A stretch of DNA of 59,412 nucleotides from Octopus bimaculoides (taxonomy: Eukaryota): positions 30,902,507 to 30,961,918 of the forward strand of contig NC_068991.1 of NCBI RefSeq assembly GCF_001194135.2. The letters run 5' to 3'. Position numbers and translations under genes: made by a program. Of the stretch, positions 13,680-25,979 are shown piece by piece. Numbering within the stretch: the first letter of the stretch is position 1; every line of letters starts with the position of its first letter. A model generated the notes under the pieces. It saw nothing but the letters and a program-made list of their open reading frames with translations, searched no databases and was not told the DNA's origin.

Positions 13680-15244
13680 CTGAATGATTCATCACAAGAA
13701 ACATTCACTTGTCTCGATCTGCGTTCGTTTCAAAGGCAATAAATGACGAAACGAAACAGTCGCCCGTATTGATGAGTATAAACATGCAATAAATATGATA
13801 ATACATGATATTTACAATTATGTCAATTTGTGGCTTAGTAGACATTGCAATGGTTAAAATATACCGCAGTAGAGTTCGTTAGCAAAATGTTGTCGTGTAT
13901 ATTTACTGAGAGATTAAAAAAATAAAAGAATAAAGAAAACAAACAAAAATTGTACAGTCAGTTATTGTGTCATTTGATAGCAGTGTATGTTACATGAACA
14001 TATATGACACAGCGCCGAGCAGTGAGACTTTTATATGTCTTAAAACATTTCATCTGAGTTCATTGTGAAAATGAAATCTTTCCACTCGTGTCATGACGCT
14101 TGTTGAGAAACAAGAAGTCAAAAGACTAGATTCTTCTCTTCTTTCTCTCTCTCACTCTCTCTCTCTCTCTTTCCCTCTCTGTACTTTGTTTACCTCATTT
14201 AATGCATTTAATCGAACATCGACTACTAAATAGATTTCTTCCTCTACCAAGAGAAACGTCCCACCTTTTACTGACGTAAGAAAGCAATTCTGTGTGGCAT
14301 GGCTCAATGAAAACGCGAGAAGCTGTTCAGTTTAAATAATTTCATTACTCATTCAAGCAGCTGTAATACGATGGAGGAATCATTCAGCATATCGTATGAT
14401 ATCAATTGCATTACTCATTACAACATATCACCGTGTTATATCTCGACTTATTTAAATAGAAGCGATCTCTGGTTGCCGTCTAACGAATAACAACTGTTTA
14501 AAACGTTAACTACCCAATCGTTCACATGCATTCCATTCACACACACACTGACGCACACACAAACGCACACACGCTGTGTATGTTGTGACATATAATCAGT
14601 TAAATTTGCCATTATACGTTAAGTTATCGATACATTATTATTAATTCTAATGTGTAATATCACACATAATCACATGTTAATCAAATAGCCACCCCCAAAC
14701 TGTACATTCGATAATATCAACAGTTTCGAAATGTCAGTCTTCCTTCCATCACCCATTAACATACCATTCCACCAATCATATCAGAAACCATTTTAAAGTA
14801 TCACGTTGTCTAATTTTTTATCATGTGATATTACGACTCAGGCTGTGGCAACTGCTTTGTACCACGCCTAAGTTTCATTAGAGAGGTATGTAGATATATA
14901 TGCACACATACACATACATACACACATACATATTTATACACATTAAGCGCGCACATACACACATACACTCCTGCAAATATGATGACTATTGTCTTTGTTT
15001 ACACTTCATCAGTCACAATAAAGTTGCAGGTATACACAAACATATGCATGCATTCACATACAGATGCACAAGCACTCACACACACATACATCATATACAC
15101 ATCAACCTTCATACACATTCATAAAATGAATTTCTCTTTACGTTTCAAGCTCACATTTATAAATGCACGCGCACACATTCATTCACATATATACACCCCC
15201 GCACGCATATTTTCTCAGTTATTAATTCATAAATATTTATACAC

Positions 15245-15400
15245 ATTAGGCTGTGTGGTAAGAAGTTTGCTTCCCAACCACATGGTTCCGGTTTCATGCC
15301 ACTGCGTCGCACCTCGGGCAAGTGTCTTTTACTATAACCTTGGTTCGACAAAAGCTTTGTGAGTGGATTTGAGAGACGGAAACTGAAAGAAGCTCGTAGA
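15245..15400 (+). mobile_element. SINE family A, head and body
   Basis: GGCTGTGTGGTAAGAAGTTTGCTTCCCAACCACATGGTTCC...GGAAACTGAAAGAAGC. Confidence 0.85.
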
Positions 15401-15422
15401 GTTGTCGCTGTTTAGTTACGTA

Positions 15423-15655
15423 TTTAGGAGGGGTTGTAATTTACTTATGGAATATATTTATCGATACGGTCGTAGATTGGGTAAATGTGTTTGAAAGTAG
15501 TGGTTTCTTTGATTTGTTTGTTTGTTCCCAAACAACACTTATTTTAGTACTGTAGACACCACCGGATTGAATGGTACTGCCCAGGTGTCGAAACCATAAT
15601 GATATCCGTGGAGCAGCTGATGATGGAGGTATGTTGGATTGTTGATATGGCTGTT
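15423..15655 (+). repeat. Dispersed ~230-bp repeat, inverted partner of 22478-22708
   Basis: Manual alignment shows long shared tracts such as CCCAGGTGTCGAAACCATAATGATATCCGT. Confidence 0.85.
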
Positions 15656-15730
15656 TTTGTTTATGTGGATTAGTATTATTGGATTGTTGGTATGACTGGA
15701 ATAGTATTAAATACGTCCTTTTAATATATA

Positions 15731-15761
<31 letters not shown>

Positions 15762-15765
15762 GTGC

Positions 15766-15803
<38 letters not shown>

Positions 15804-15829
15804 GTTTGTGTGTGTATGTGCATGTGTTT

Positions 15830-16030
15830 CTCCACTACCACCACCACTTAGCCTGTGCTGTTGCGTTTATGTCTCCATAACTTAACAATTCGGCAAAACA
15901 GACCGATAGGATAAGCGCCAGACTTAACGGAAAAAAAGTATTGGTTTTGATTCATTAGACTAAAATGACTTCAAGGCGGTGCCCCAGCATGACCGCAGTC
16001 TAATGACCGAAACAGGTAAAAGATAAAAAA
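15830..16030 (+). mobile_element. SINE family A, tail portion
   Basis: ...TTCGGCAAAA..GACCGATAG...GGCGGTGCCCCAGCATGACCGCAGTC...GAAACAGGTAAAAGA. Confidence 0.8.
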
Positions 16031-16191
16031 GACAAGAGGTTCATTTAAATTGGTTTCGACAATATTCCAGTTGGTCGACATTTGAAGCAAGTGTCTGAGT
16101 ATTCCACATTACTGTCATCGTGAGAGAGGATCAGATAGGAATGTAGTGTGAGTAGCTGAGTATTTCCACAGACATTTGTACTCTTAAGGTA

Positions 16192-17430
16192 CGAGGGGTG
16201 TTCATCAAAGATTTCCCCTGACCCACTTCCGGTTATTGCAGTAAACGGAATCTGTGCATGTATAATCATACATGTCACATTGTAAATTGTAGTTTTCCAC
16301 TTGAATTCATCTGTCTTTTACGGCTGCTGAAGTGGACTAAGGTGTTATAATGGAGGCAGTCGAATGCAAATAAGTGATTAGGTTCTTATACTTGAAAGGT
16401 CATACACCAAAAGAGACTTTCGATGAGATGAAAGAAGTTTATGGTGATGATGCACCATCACACGCCGAAGTCAAGCAATGGCATCACCAGTTCAAATGTG
16501 GTCGGACATCAACGTAAACTGCTCCTATTCCTGGACGACCACATTCCGCCATTGATGATGACACCATCCATAAAGTGGAAGCCGCCATTTTGGAAGATTA
16601 CCGCATTCGACAACTGTCCCCAAAAGCGAAGACAAGTGTAGGGTCCGTGGAAAAAATCATTCACGACCATTTGCACATGCGGAAATTGTCTGCACAATGG
16701 ATTCCCCGGATACTCACACCTTTTCAGAAGTAGGAACGAATCAATTGCTCCCAGGCTCTTTTGGTAATGTGGCAAGAAAATGAAGAGGACTTTTTCGGCA
16801 TACTTATGACACAGGATGAAACATGGGTCCATCACTAAGATCCTGAGACTAAAGTCCAGTCGAAGCAATGGAAGCATGATAACTCACCACCTCAAAAGAA
16901 GGCTCGTATCCAACCCTCAGCAGGCAAGGTGATGCTCACAGTCTCTTGGGACCAGCGCGGAGTAGTGACGATGGATTTTCTGGAAAAGGACACCACAGTT
17001 AATAGAACATATGCTTCTCTGCTGCAGAAATTGCGGGACGCCATCAAAGCAGAGAGGCATGGCATGCTGTTCAAAGGAGTCCGCCTCCTCCAAGACAATC
17101 CCGCCAGCTCACTATGCGCATGGTGCCCAGATGAAAGCACACTCCTGCGACTATGAAATCCTTCCTCATCCCCTCTTACTCTCCTAACCTCGCACCATCT
17201 TACTTCCACCTCTTTCCAACCATGAAGTCTCTTTTGAAGGGGAAGCACCTTTTGGATGATGATGAACTTATTTCCAAGGTAAAGTCTAGGCTCCAGACGC
17301 AACCTACCGACTTTTACAGACGAGGTCTTCACAGCTGCATATGTAGAGAAGGACCAATAATTATGCCTAGTTTCGTTTATCCCAGTCCTTGGGAAGTGAG
17401 TCAGGGGAATTCCTTAATAAGCACCCCTCG
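16192..17430 (+). mobile_element. Full-length degenerate mariner DNA transposon (irritans/Hsmar2-like termini)
   Basis: ITRs CGAGGGGTGTTCATCAAAGATTTCCCCTGA and TCAGGGGAATTCCTTAATAAGCACCCCTCG; TA duplication at 16190-91 and 17431-32; 1239 bp long. Confidence 0.93.
16350..17345 (+). pseudogene. Mariner transposase pseudogene
   Basis: MEAVECK*VIRFLYLKG..., WIPRILT, TQDETWVHH, LLQDN, YSPNLAPSYFHLF; several stops and frameshifts; third catalytic D reads Y. Confidence 0.92.
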
Positions 17431-18188
17431 TAGCCCTCCGTCAGAGTGAGCGTGGCACTGTCTATATAACAAGGATGATCTCTCATGATTTTCAATAAAT
17501 TACAGTAACAACATAGTAGACGGGCTTCCATAAAGTTTCTGCTAACCCAGTTTAACTCAAATTACTTGAGTCGACCCAGATCAAAGGGGTCAAAAATTTA
17601 CCGAAGAAGTTACGCTGTGACATCAAGACATCAATCTGCTACCTGTAACATCTTACAGAGCACCATTAAGTGATCGGTTGATCTGCTGGAAATATTGGAC
17701 CATGGGGTAGTGTAGTTATACATATCTCTGAAAAGCTAGGGAGGTCACGCATGGAAAATATATAATTAAAGGGATCATCTGTAGCATCAAAATTCGCCTC
17801 TCACACACTTTTAGCTTTTACTTAGATATTGAAAGTATAATTCGTGTACCTCTTCTCTCTCTCTTTCTTTCTTTCTCCTTCTCACCTCTCTCTCTTTCTC
17901 TTTTTCCCCGCTCTCTTTTCTCCCTCTTCTTGTCTCTCCACCCCCATTGCTGAGATACACTGTGAACTGAACTGTGCCTTTGAATTATAGCCTCGGTAGT
18001 TTTGATGTATTTCCGAACTGTTTTCGTAAACCAAAATCCACAACCTTGTTTAGGTCGACCTGACGCTATTGTAAAAGGAAGATACATAACCATAATGCCA
18101 ATATGAGAATACAGGATATCAGGATTGTAAAACAGACTTCTTCACCAAACGATCAAATCTGCGCCAATGTTTCTCTTANNNNNNNNNN

Positions 18189-18232
<44 letters not shown>

Positions 18233-18423
18233 TCATTCTTCAGCTCTGCCAAACTTTCCTCTAATCCAACGCTATACAATGCCTAATATACTATCTATAG
18301 ATAACAAGATATTAAAACAACATCTTTGTATTTACAAGTCCAATTTAGTTAACCCGACATTCATCCCGAGCCAAAAATGTCAGCCACCATTATAATCAGA
18401 AGAATCACAAGACAGTTTTATAC

Positions 18424-18793
18424 CTCTCGACCCCATAGCAAAACTGAACGTTCGGAAGTTAAAGAATATTGACGTAATGTTAGTTGAGCTAAAGCTCAAA
18501 TTCATTATAGGATGCAATTCTGTAACTATCTTTTCTCTCTCCCAAATTTTTCCCTCAAAGTTTGCGACATAGAATATGCGGTCACGTGAGTCAGTGGAAA
18601 GGAATGAAGGACTAGCTGTAAAGTCCCATGAGTCAACTGGGAAAGGAATCGTAGAAACTCCTGCATTACGAGTCAGTTTTGATTCGATCCTAGAATTATG
18701 ACAGTGACTTAGTAATGGAAACCAGAGAAACAATAAAAACGGCAAGCATTTGAAGCAGGTCTGAAGAGAAATTCCTTTACTCCTTCTCACCAT
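18424..18793 (-). CDS. Candidate first coding exon of a secreted or membrane protein with one divergent cadherin-like repeat
   Basis: ATG in AAAATGG context after an in-frame stop; basic then hydrophobic signal-like N-terminus; ...TRNAGVST..VDSWD...FYV...GKI...I.TE..P..NLS...; phase-1 donor AG|GTATAA; strong acceptor TTTTTTCTTTTTAAAAGCAG| at 18920. Confidence 0.5.
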
Positions 18794-19199
18794 TTTGTGG
18801 GGATTAGGAGAGGATTACAGGCATGTCCTTTCTTCGGATGAACACTTAAAAGTGAACAGAACTATAAGAAATGGAACCCCATATATTTGTATATATATGG
18901 CTGGGTGCCGACAAATTTTTCTGCTTTTAAAAAGAAAAAAGGATTTTATTCTTTATATCTATACTGTTCAGTATCTATGCGTTGAATAAAATTTATCTTT
19001 CTATTTGTTCTATATATATNNNNNNNNNNNNNNNNNNNNNNNNNNNNNNNNNNNNNNNNNNNNNNNNNNNNNNNNNNNNNNNNNNNNNNNNNNNNNNNNN
19101 NNNNNNNNNNNNNNNNNNNNNNNTATATACATACACGTATATATGTGTAAACGTGCGTATATATCTATATGGGGGTAGGCTACATATATCTTTTATCTT

Positions 19200-19570
19200 T
19201 TACTTGTTTCAGTCATTAGACTGCGGCCATGCTGAAGCACCACCTTGAAAAACGTTTTAGCGAATGAATCGACCCCGGTACTTACTTTTCTTTTAAGTCA
19301 GGTACATATTCTATCGATCGCTTTTGCCGAACTGCTAAGGTTGTGGAGACGTAAACACACCAACATCAGTTGTCATGCAGTGGTGGGGGACAAACACAGA
19401 TACAAAGACACACACACACACATAATATATACATACGAAGGTCTTCTTTCAGTTTTCCTCTACCAAATCCACTCACAAGGCTTTGGTCAGCCTGAGACTA
19501 TACTCTTGCCGAAGGTGCCACGCAATGGGACTAAACTTATAACCATGTGATTAGAAACAAACTTCCTACC
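19200..19570 (-). mobile_element. SINE family A, composite copy
   Basis: TTGTTTCAGTCATTAGACTGCGGCCATGC...(CA)n...AAATCCACTCACAAGGCTTTGGTC. Confidence 0.85.
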
Positions 19571-20587
19571 TCTCATTGATAGAAAAGACAAAAAAGAGGT
19601 GAGAGCACGGTTGTAGGCCAAAGACTGGAATGTGTCCGTAAGTGATTGAATTCTAGTCAGTCGATTGCCTGATTGTGATTTAGGATGTGTGCGTGCGTTG
19701 CAGCAGTATCGAATATTTGGATGGTAGACCTAATATTTTGGTAGCAGACCTAATACACGGGTGACAGTGTTAGGAATAAGAAGGCCAATAGTTTTTTAGC
19801 ACATGAAAGCCGTGTTCAACCTGTCACGTCCATGCATATCAGTCTCTCTTTCGTGTGTGCGTTCTCGTTCAGGTGTTTTGCCTGCCAGACAGTTTGTTTT
19901 ACCAAGTAAAACGAGATTTTTCTTCTTCCCTGGGTTGTATTGCGTTATAGTTTTATCGTCTGGTACTCAAGGCCCAAATTGCAATAACAGATATAGTTAC
20001 AACAGGCAGATTTGATAACTGGAAGGGAGACCTAATCCACAGCTCGTCCAGACCTAATCTACTGCCCATTCAAACACCATATTTGACCTATAGAAGACCA
20101 TTCTGTTACAAGTAATCCGACTGCATTCCCAGTCTGAGAATAAATACACTGCTTCCTACTACAGCAACGAACAAACTGATTTCTTCCTCCTTGGAAGTTC
20201 TCGCATCTTCATCCAAACAGTTCTCTCTCCCTCTCCATTGTCAAGTCCAAGATCATGATTATCCGCAATCATTGATCGACATAAAGTCTCACCAACAGCC
20301 AATGTTCTGAATATCGGTGCCAAATCAAATATGACAGGTTTATACCGTTGGACCAATGAAGAAATTTCTATGTGGTTAAACGGCCTGCTAGATACAACAG
20401 CTGTTTCTCTCTTCATTGTCTTTAAAACCGAAGGACAGTTCATGATGTAAGAAAAAATTGAAAGGTCACGGTTAAGATTATTTACATTATTGGTTTATTT
20501 GACCAGAGTTAACCTAGAGTTAATAATAACAAGAATAACTATTATCCGTACAGGAATTTGTGTTTCGTTCACACACACACAATACAG

Positions 20588-20674
<87 letters not shown>

Positions 20675-21218
20675 TAGATATGCAGGTACAGCATAGCCGA
20701 AAGGTTACGAAGTTCGCTACGTAATCATAAGCTCCTGGCTTCGATTCGGCTTCGTAGAAAATGACACTTAGGTGTCAAGTTCTATGAGCTGACAGAAACT
20801 GTATAAAGGGCAGCCGGGTGGATTCTGCTTGTGATTTAAAGGACCTGAATTTGGATAAATTCTAACAACAGCTGCTGCTGCTTCTAATCCTTTCTACTGT
20901 AGGCACAAGGCCTAAAATTTGGTGGAGGGGGATAGTCGATTACATCGACCCTAGTACTCAACTGGTACTTATTTCATCGACCCCGAAAGGACAAAAGGCA
21001 AAGCATTTCGTTCAGCGTATTTTTCAACCACATTTTTCTGTCACTGTACGGTTCTACCGTCTCACAACCACAATTACATATATAAGGCAAACAATGCCGT
21101 TGATGGGAAGAGAAATTACGTTGACCCGGATATATTACTGGTTCCTATATTATTTATCGTCAAGCTATGAAGTGTGAAAGTTAAAGTCGCACTCAGGAAT
21201 GTTGGAACATGGGAAACG

Positions 21219-21276
21219 GAAGAAGAAGAAGAAGAAGAAGAAGAAGAAGAAGAAGAAGAAGAAGAAGAAGAAGAAG

Positions 21277-21308
<32 letters not shown>

Positions 21309-21330
21309 TGATGATGATGATGAAGAAGAA
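21219..21330. repeat. (GAA)n then (GAT)n microsatellite
   Basis: Read directly. Confidence 0.95.
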
Positions 21331-21727
21331 AAGGAAGAAGTAAAAGAGAAACAAGAGGTGCAAAGACAAATAGTTAATTATTATGTATTTAGCAGTAGAG
21401 TGGAGGGGAGTTATGGTGATTGTGGTGGTGGCGCAGGTATATTAGTTTTGCATCATTTCTCCTTTCCTCCCTCAATCTATCTACACATACACGTAATACA
21501 AGTGTATAACTCTCTCCCTACCTTTCCTACCATTCTTCCCACTTCTCTCTATCAATTATGGTGGTTATTTATTTTTAAATTAGACATGAAGCCGTAGACA
21601 TGAAGTACAGTTAAAAATGTCCTCCCTCCATGTAACATGACGCCAATAATTTAATGTTAAAGCTTCACTTCAACCCTCTCACTCTTTCACTCTGTATATA
21701 TATATGTGTGTGTATGTGGCTACATAT

Positions 21728-21764
<37 letters not shown>

Positions 21765-22328
21765 TAGATATTTATATATATATATGTACAAACACACAAA
21801 CACACATACATAGAAACGCACAAGCATATATATGTGTGTGTGTGTGTGTGTATACATACGCATACACACAAACCTACACACGTACACACACACGCGCGCG
21901 TACATATATGTATACGGCTACTCTGTCGCTGTTGCCTTGTATGAGTTGTAAATTAATACGGGATCGATATGTAGTGCTAATCACTAACAGGAAATTATAA
22001 AATTATCTCACAGCAAGTTCTTTATTTTTTTTTTAATATTTAAAATACCAACAATAACAAAGAAAAAAGGAAAAACATCAATCCCGGATAGGAGTGAGGG
22101 TGGATGTGGGGCAATACACAGTATTTTTATATTTTTCTATAGTTTCTATATTTTTCATTGGTAGTTCAACTGTTATGTTTGTATGCGTGTACTTGGGGTG
22201 TGTCGGACTGTACGTGCGTAAGTGTAAATAGGCATACATATGCATTGCGTGTGTTCATTCCCCAAGAACAGTGAACATATATACATGCATAGTACATGTA
22301 GGCAATTATACACGCACACACATGTATG

Positions 22329-22364
<36 letters not shown>

Positions 22365-22477
22365 CTTATATGTGTGAATGTAAATATACATACACACACG
22401 TTCATGTATATATGCGTGAGCGTATACACGCACATACTCACACACATATATATATATATATCAAAAGGATGTGTTAT

Positions 22478-22708
22478 AATACAGCCATACCAACAATCCA
22501 ACATACATCCATCATCAGCTGCCCTACGGATATCATTATGGTTTCGACACCTGGGCAGATCATCCAATCTGGCGGTGTCAACAGCACTAAAATATGTGTT
22601 GTTTGGGAACAAACAAACCAAAGAAATCACAACTTTCAAATACATTTACCCAATGTAGAACCGTATCGATAAATAAATTCCATAAGTAAATTGCAACCCC
22701 TCTTAAAA
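22478..22708 (-). repeat. Dispersed ~230-bp repeat, inverted partner of 15423-15655
   Basis: Reverse-complement match over the full length. Confidence 0.85.
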
Positions 22709-23225
22709 AGTTAACTAAACAGTGACAACTCTATTAAGTCATGAAAAATTATAATCCCTACGGTAAAAGTAAAGCTTAATAACCACATTATTTCAATCAA
22801 TCAATATATTGGCAAGATTAAGCACTAACCTTACTAAAACTGCAACTAGAGAATTTAAACTAATGTACATTGTATCGGTATTGATAGTAAACTGCATATA
22901 ACTAATTTATATGCTAAATAGCGATCCAACTTTAAGTTCATATAGATAATAATCCCACCGGTCTTCGATAGATGCTACTATAATAATGAAAGTTCAAACC
23001 TTATATATATATATATATAATAGAAAATATATACATACTTATATGTGTGTGTATATAAATATACATACATGCACGTTCATGTATATATATGTGACTGCAT
23101 ACATACACACACTCACACGTGATAACTGTAATATACTTCCTTTCTTGCATTATTAGATCGCAGAACGACTCGTTCTTATGTGTTTGTTCGGGACATTTCA
23201 TGGGAGAATGCATAGACACGGTATA

Positions 23226-23818
23226 CGACGACGGACTGAAAAGTTCAAAGGCTGACTGTGAAAGAGTGAGGCTAGAGCCGTGCAATTTCGCATGCACTAA
23301 CTTCAGCCCTTCTAATTAATAACTGCATTGTTTTTTTCCGGGTAAAGTAACATCTGACTGTTCAAAGAAGATTTCAAATGTAGCTAGTAGAGACTTCTCT
23401 TGAAATTTGACGAAATTTGGTATCGTGGTGTTATTATCAAGTACCTGCAGTAAAAAGATTTGGCCCCCAGGGATACATAGTTGCTACATTAGGGGATGAC
23501 AATCCAGTTTTATCAACTGTGCAAAAGTGGGTGGCTTAATTTAGGAGGGGAGAGTTTTAAACATGATCCAAGTTCTGGACGTCCTACAACTGCCACCACC
23601 GCGGTAAACATTGATCGTATTTACCACATGGTGTTTGATGACAGGCGATTGACGATAAATCAAATAGCCAATGCTTTCACGTGAGAGTGTTGAGAATATT
23701 CCGCACAATGAACTTGGCATGACGAAGCTTCATGCTCAGTAGGTGCCTGGCTTCTGACACTCACCGGGCTGATCACATCACGGGAAGATCTGACATTGTC
23801 TGAGGCAGATCCAGCTTT
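23226..23818 (+). mobile_element. 5' fragment of a second mariner (ITR plus HTH region)
   Basis: Starts TA-CGACGACGGACTGAAAAGTTC; encodes ...WYRGV..KYLQ..., DPSSGRPTTATT..NIDRI..MVFDDRRLTINQIANA and a decayed WVPRLL; truncated next to a SINE. Confidence 0.85.
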
Positions 23819-23824
23819 CGTTTA

Positions 23825-24535
23825 CTTGGTTCAGTCATTTGACTGCGGCCATGCAGTACTTATTCTATCTCTAGTACTTATTCTATCTCCTTCTTTTGCC
23901 GAACCGCTAAGTTGCAGAACGTAAAGGCACCAGCATCGGTTGTCAAGCTCCAACATCGAATGTCGGGGGACAAAGACAGACACAGAAACACATACACTCA
24001 CATACATATATATACATATATGGGGGAACAAACGCAGGCACAAAAACGCACACACACACACACATAAACACACACAAACACACACGCGCGCACACACATA
24101 TACATGCGACGGCTTCTTTCAGTTTCCGTCTACTAAATCAATTCACAGGACTTTGGTCGGCCCGAGTCTATAGCAGAAGACACTTGCCGTGGGACTGAAC
24201 CCGGAACCATGTGGTTGGAAAGCAAGCTACTTTATTTCATTTCAATTTGCCACGAGGGCAGTACAAAGATGAGTAGCTGCGGGCTGGACAAACTCATTAA
24301 TGAGATGAGATGAATGATGAACACGATGATATTAATGGGAGAAGACAGAAGCCGCCCGCCGAACTCTGCTTCTCTAAATAATTTTTATAAATTACACAAA
24401 TTTACATATTGAGGCTATAAACCTCGTACATAAAAACCCAAATTATTAAGGAACTTGCCTCTTATAATATTTCATTTATGGATCACATGATGGAAGCAAG
24501 CTACTTACTACACAGCCACTCCTGCGCCTATATGC
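23825..24535 (-). mobile_element. SINE family A, composite copy interrupted by a 259-bp insertion
   Basis: Same blocks; head split at 24232-24490. Confidence 0.85.
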
Positions 24536-24934
24536 ATANNNNNNNNNNNNNNNTATATATATATCGGTGCATAAAAGATACAGGGAGTTTTCTTCAGGGT
24601 GACTCAAACCAATAGGTATGTGCTCTGAGTGCTCAAAATTGAGTGCCACTAAAAAAATTTCCCTGCCACCAAAATTCCGGTGTGAATGGCATTTGAATTT
24701 GTGGTTTTGTGACTACAATTCCAAAGCAGTTAGAAGTGGCTTTCCCTTGAGTCAGTAGGTGTAGGTTAAAGTAAAAGGAGATGCAAGCACATTAGCAAGA
24801 CTTGACAAGGATATTTGATTTAATTAAGTTATATTATGAAAAGTAGAGATAGTCCCTGACTGTTGTTTCTGGGATATCCCAGCTACTGGAACATCGTGCC
24901 AAGCGAAAACTCCATATACTGAGTATGGAATGAG

Positions 24935-24993
<59 letters not shown>

Positions 24994-25979
24994 GATAGGT
25001 TAAACATATGTAACAGTGGAATAAAAGTTCCTCATCAATGATAGGTGTTGTGGTTCCTCAAGTTCAGAAAGGGAGGAGATAGGCTCTTTTCTATTCGGCT
25101 GCACCTGTGGAAATTTTAAAGTTTAGTGAAAATTCTAAAATGTGGTGCATTGATGTAATTTTCCAAATTTTTTTAGAAATTACAGAGGTTTTTAAAGTTT
25201 GATAAGTTTTATGCAGTCAGTAAGCAGGATTTGGAAGCTGTCATTTTCTGCATGGCTGCACGTGTTTTCAACTGTAAGCAAATGAAATATTGGCGGGATT
25301 CTGCCGTATACATGCCATATTTTATTTCTGGAATTTTCAGAAAATTTTTTCGAATTTGTATTCCGCCATCGGATTTTCTACGATTATAAGAAAAATGTTG
25401 GCGCATGATTGAAGACCGATTTAGCTATTATTTTTAGCACATCTCACTACCACCTCATACCTCATGTGTAATAAGCATTTAATAAGCGAAAAATTACCAC
25501 TTGGGTACAGCTTGGCTTTTTATGAAAACTGGCATTTATGTCTTTGGCTTTCGATTGGCTAAAATTACCCAAAATTTGCAAACTTTAAAAGCTATTAACT
25601 CTTTATTTATTGATTTATAGTGTAAATGAATTTCATGTCAATGATTACCACACAAAGCTACACCAAACAACAAATATGAAATTATTTGGAACAAAAATTG
25701 AAGAAATTGAAAATTGGCAGCCAAACAGAAAAGATCCAGGAGATATTCAAATATGTCCAGTGAAACTGAGTATTCGTTAGATAAATCCATGATCAGATAG
25801 AAAATGGTTAGATTGTAATCTATAGTGAGAGAGAAATGGATGCTAGCAGTTCGAAAGTTAGACAAATACTGAGAAAAGTGAGTACACTCTAGAGGAAGAA
25901 AGACAGGTAGTCAGGAGTTTTGTATTAGATATTTACTAATCAGTACAACGAGGGTACATCTGTCCAGAGAGGTTAAGGT

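Noticed and set aside
14054-14077. TGAGTTCATTGTGAAAATG resembles the bantam miRNA
   Set aside because: Mismatch inside the seed and no complementary arm on either side to form a precursor hairpin
15584-15630. GAAA followed by CUGAUGA in the inverted repeat family, as in a type II hammerhead
   Set aside because: Strands flanking the core cannot form stem II and there is no convincing stem III, in either copy
20159-20443. 94-aa minus-strand ORF and a SAM-like WTNEEISMWL phrase on the plus strand
   Set aside because: No family match, no clear splice boundaries, plus frame interrupted by a stop
25080-25760. AT-rich block resembling the interior of a non-autonomous DNA transposon
   Set aside because: No terminal inverted repeats or TSD could be located
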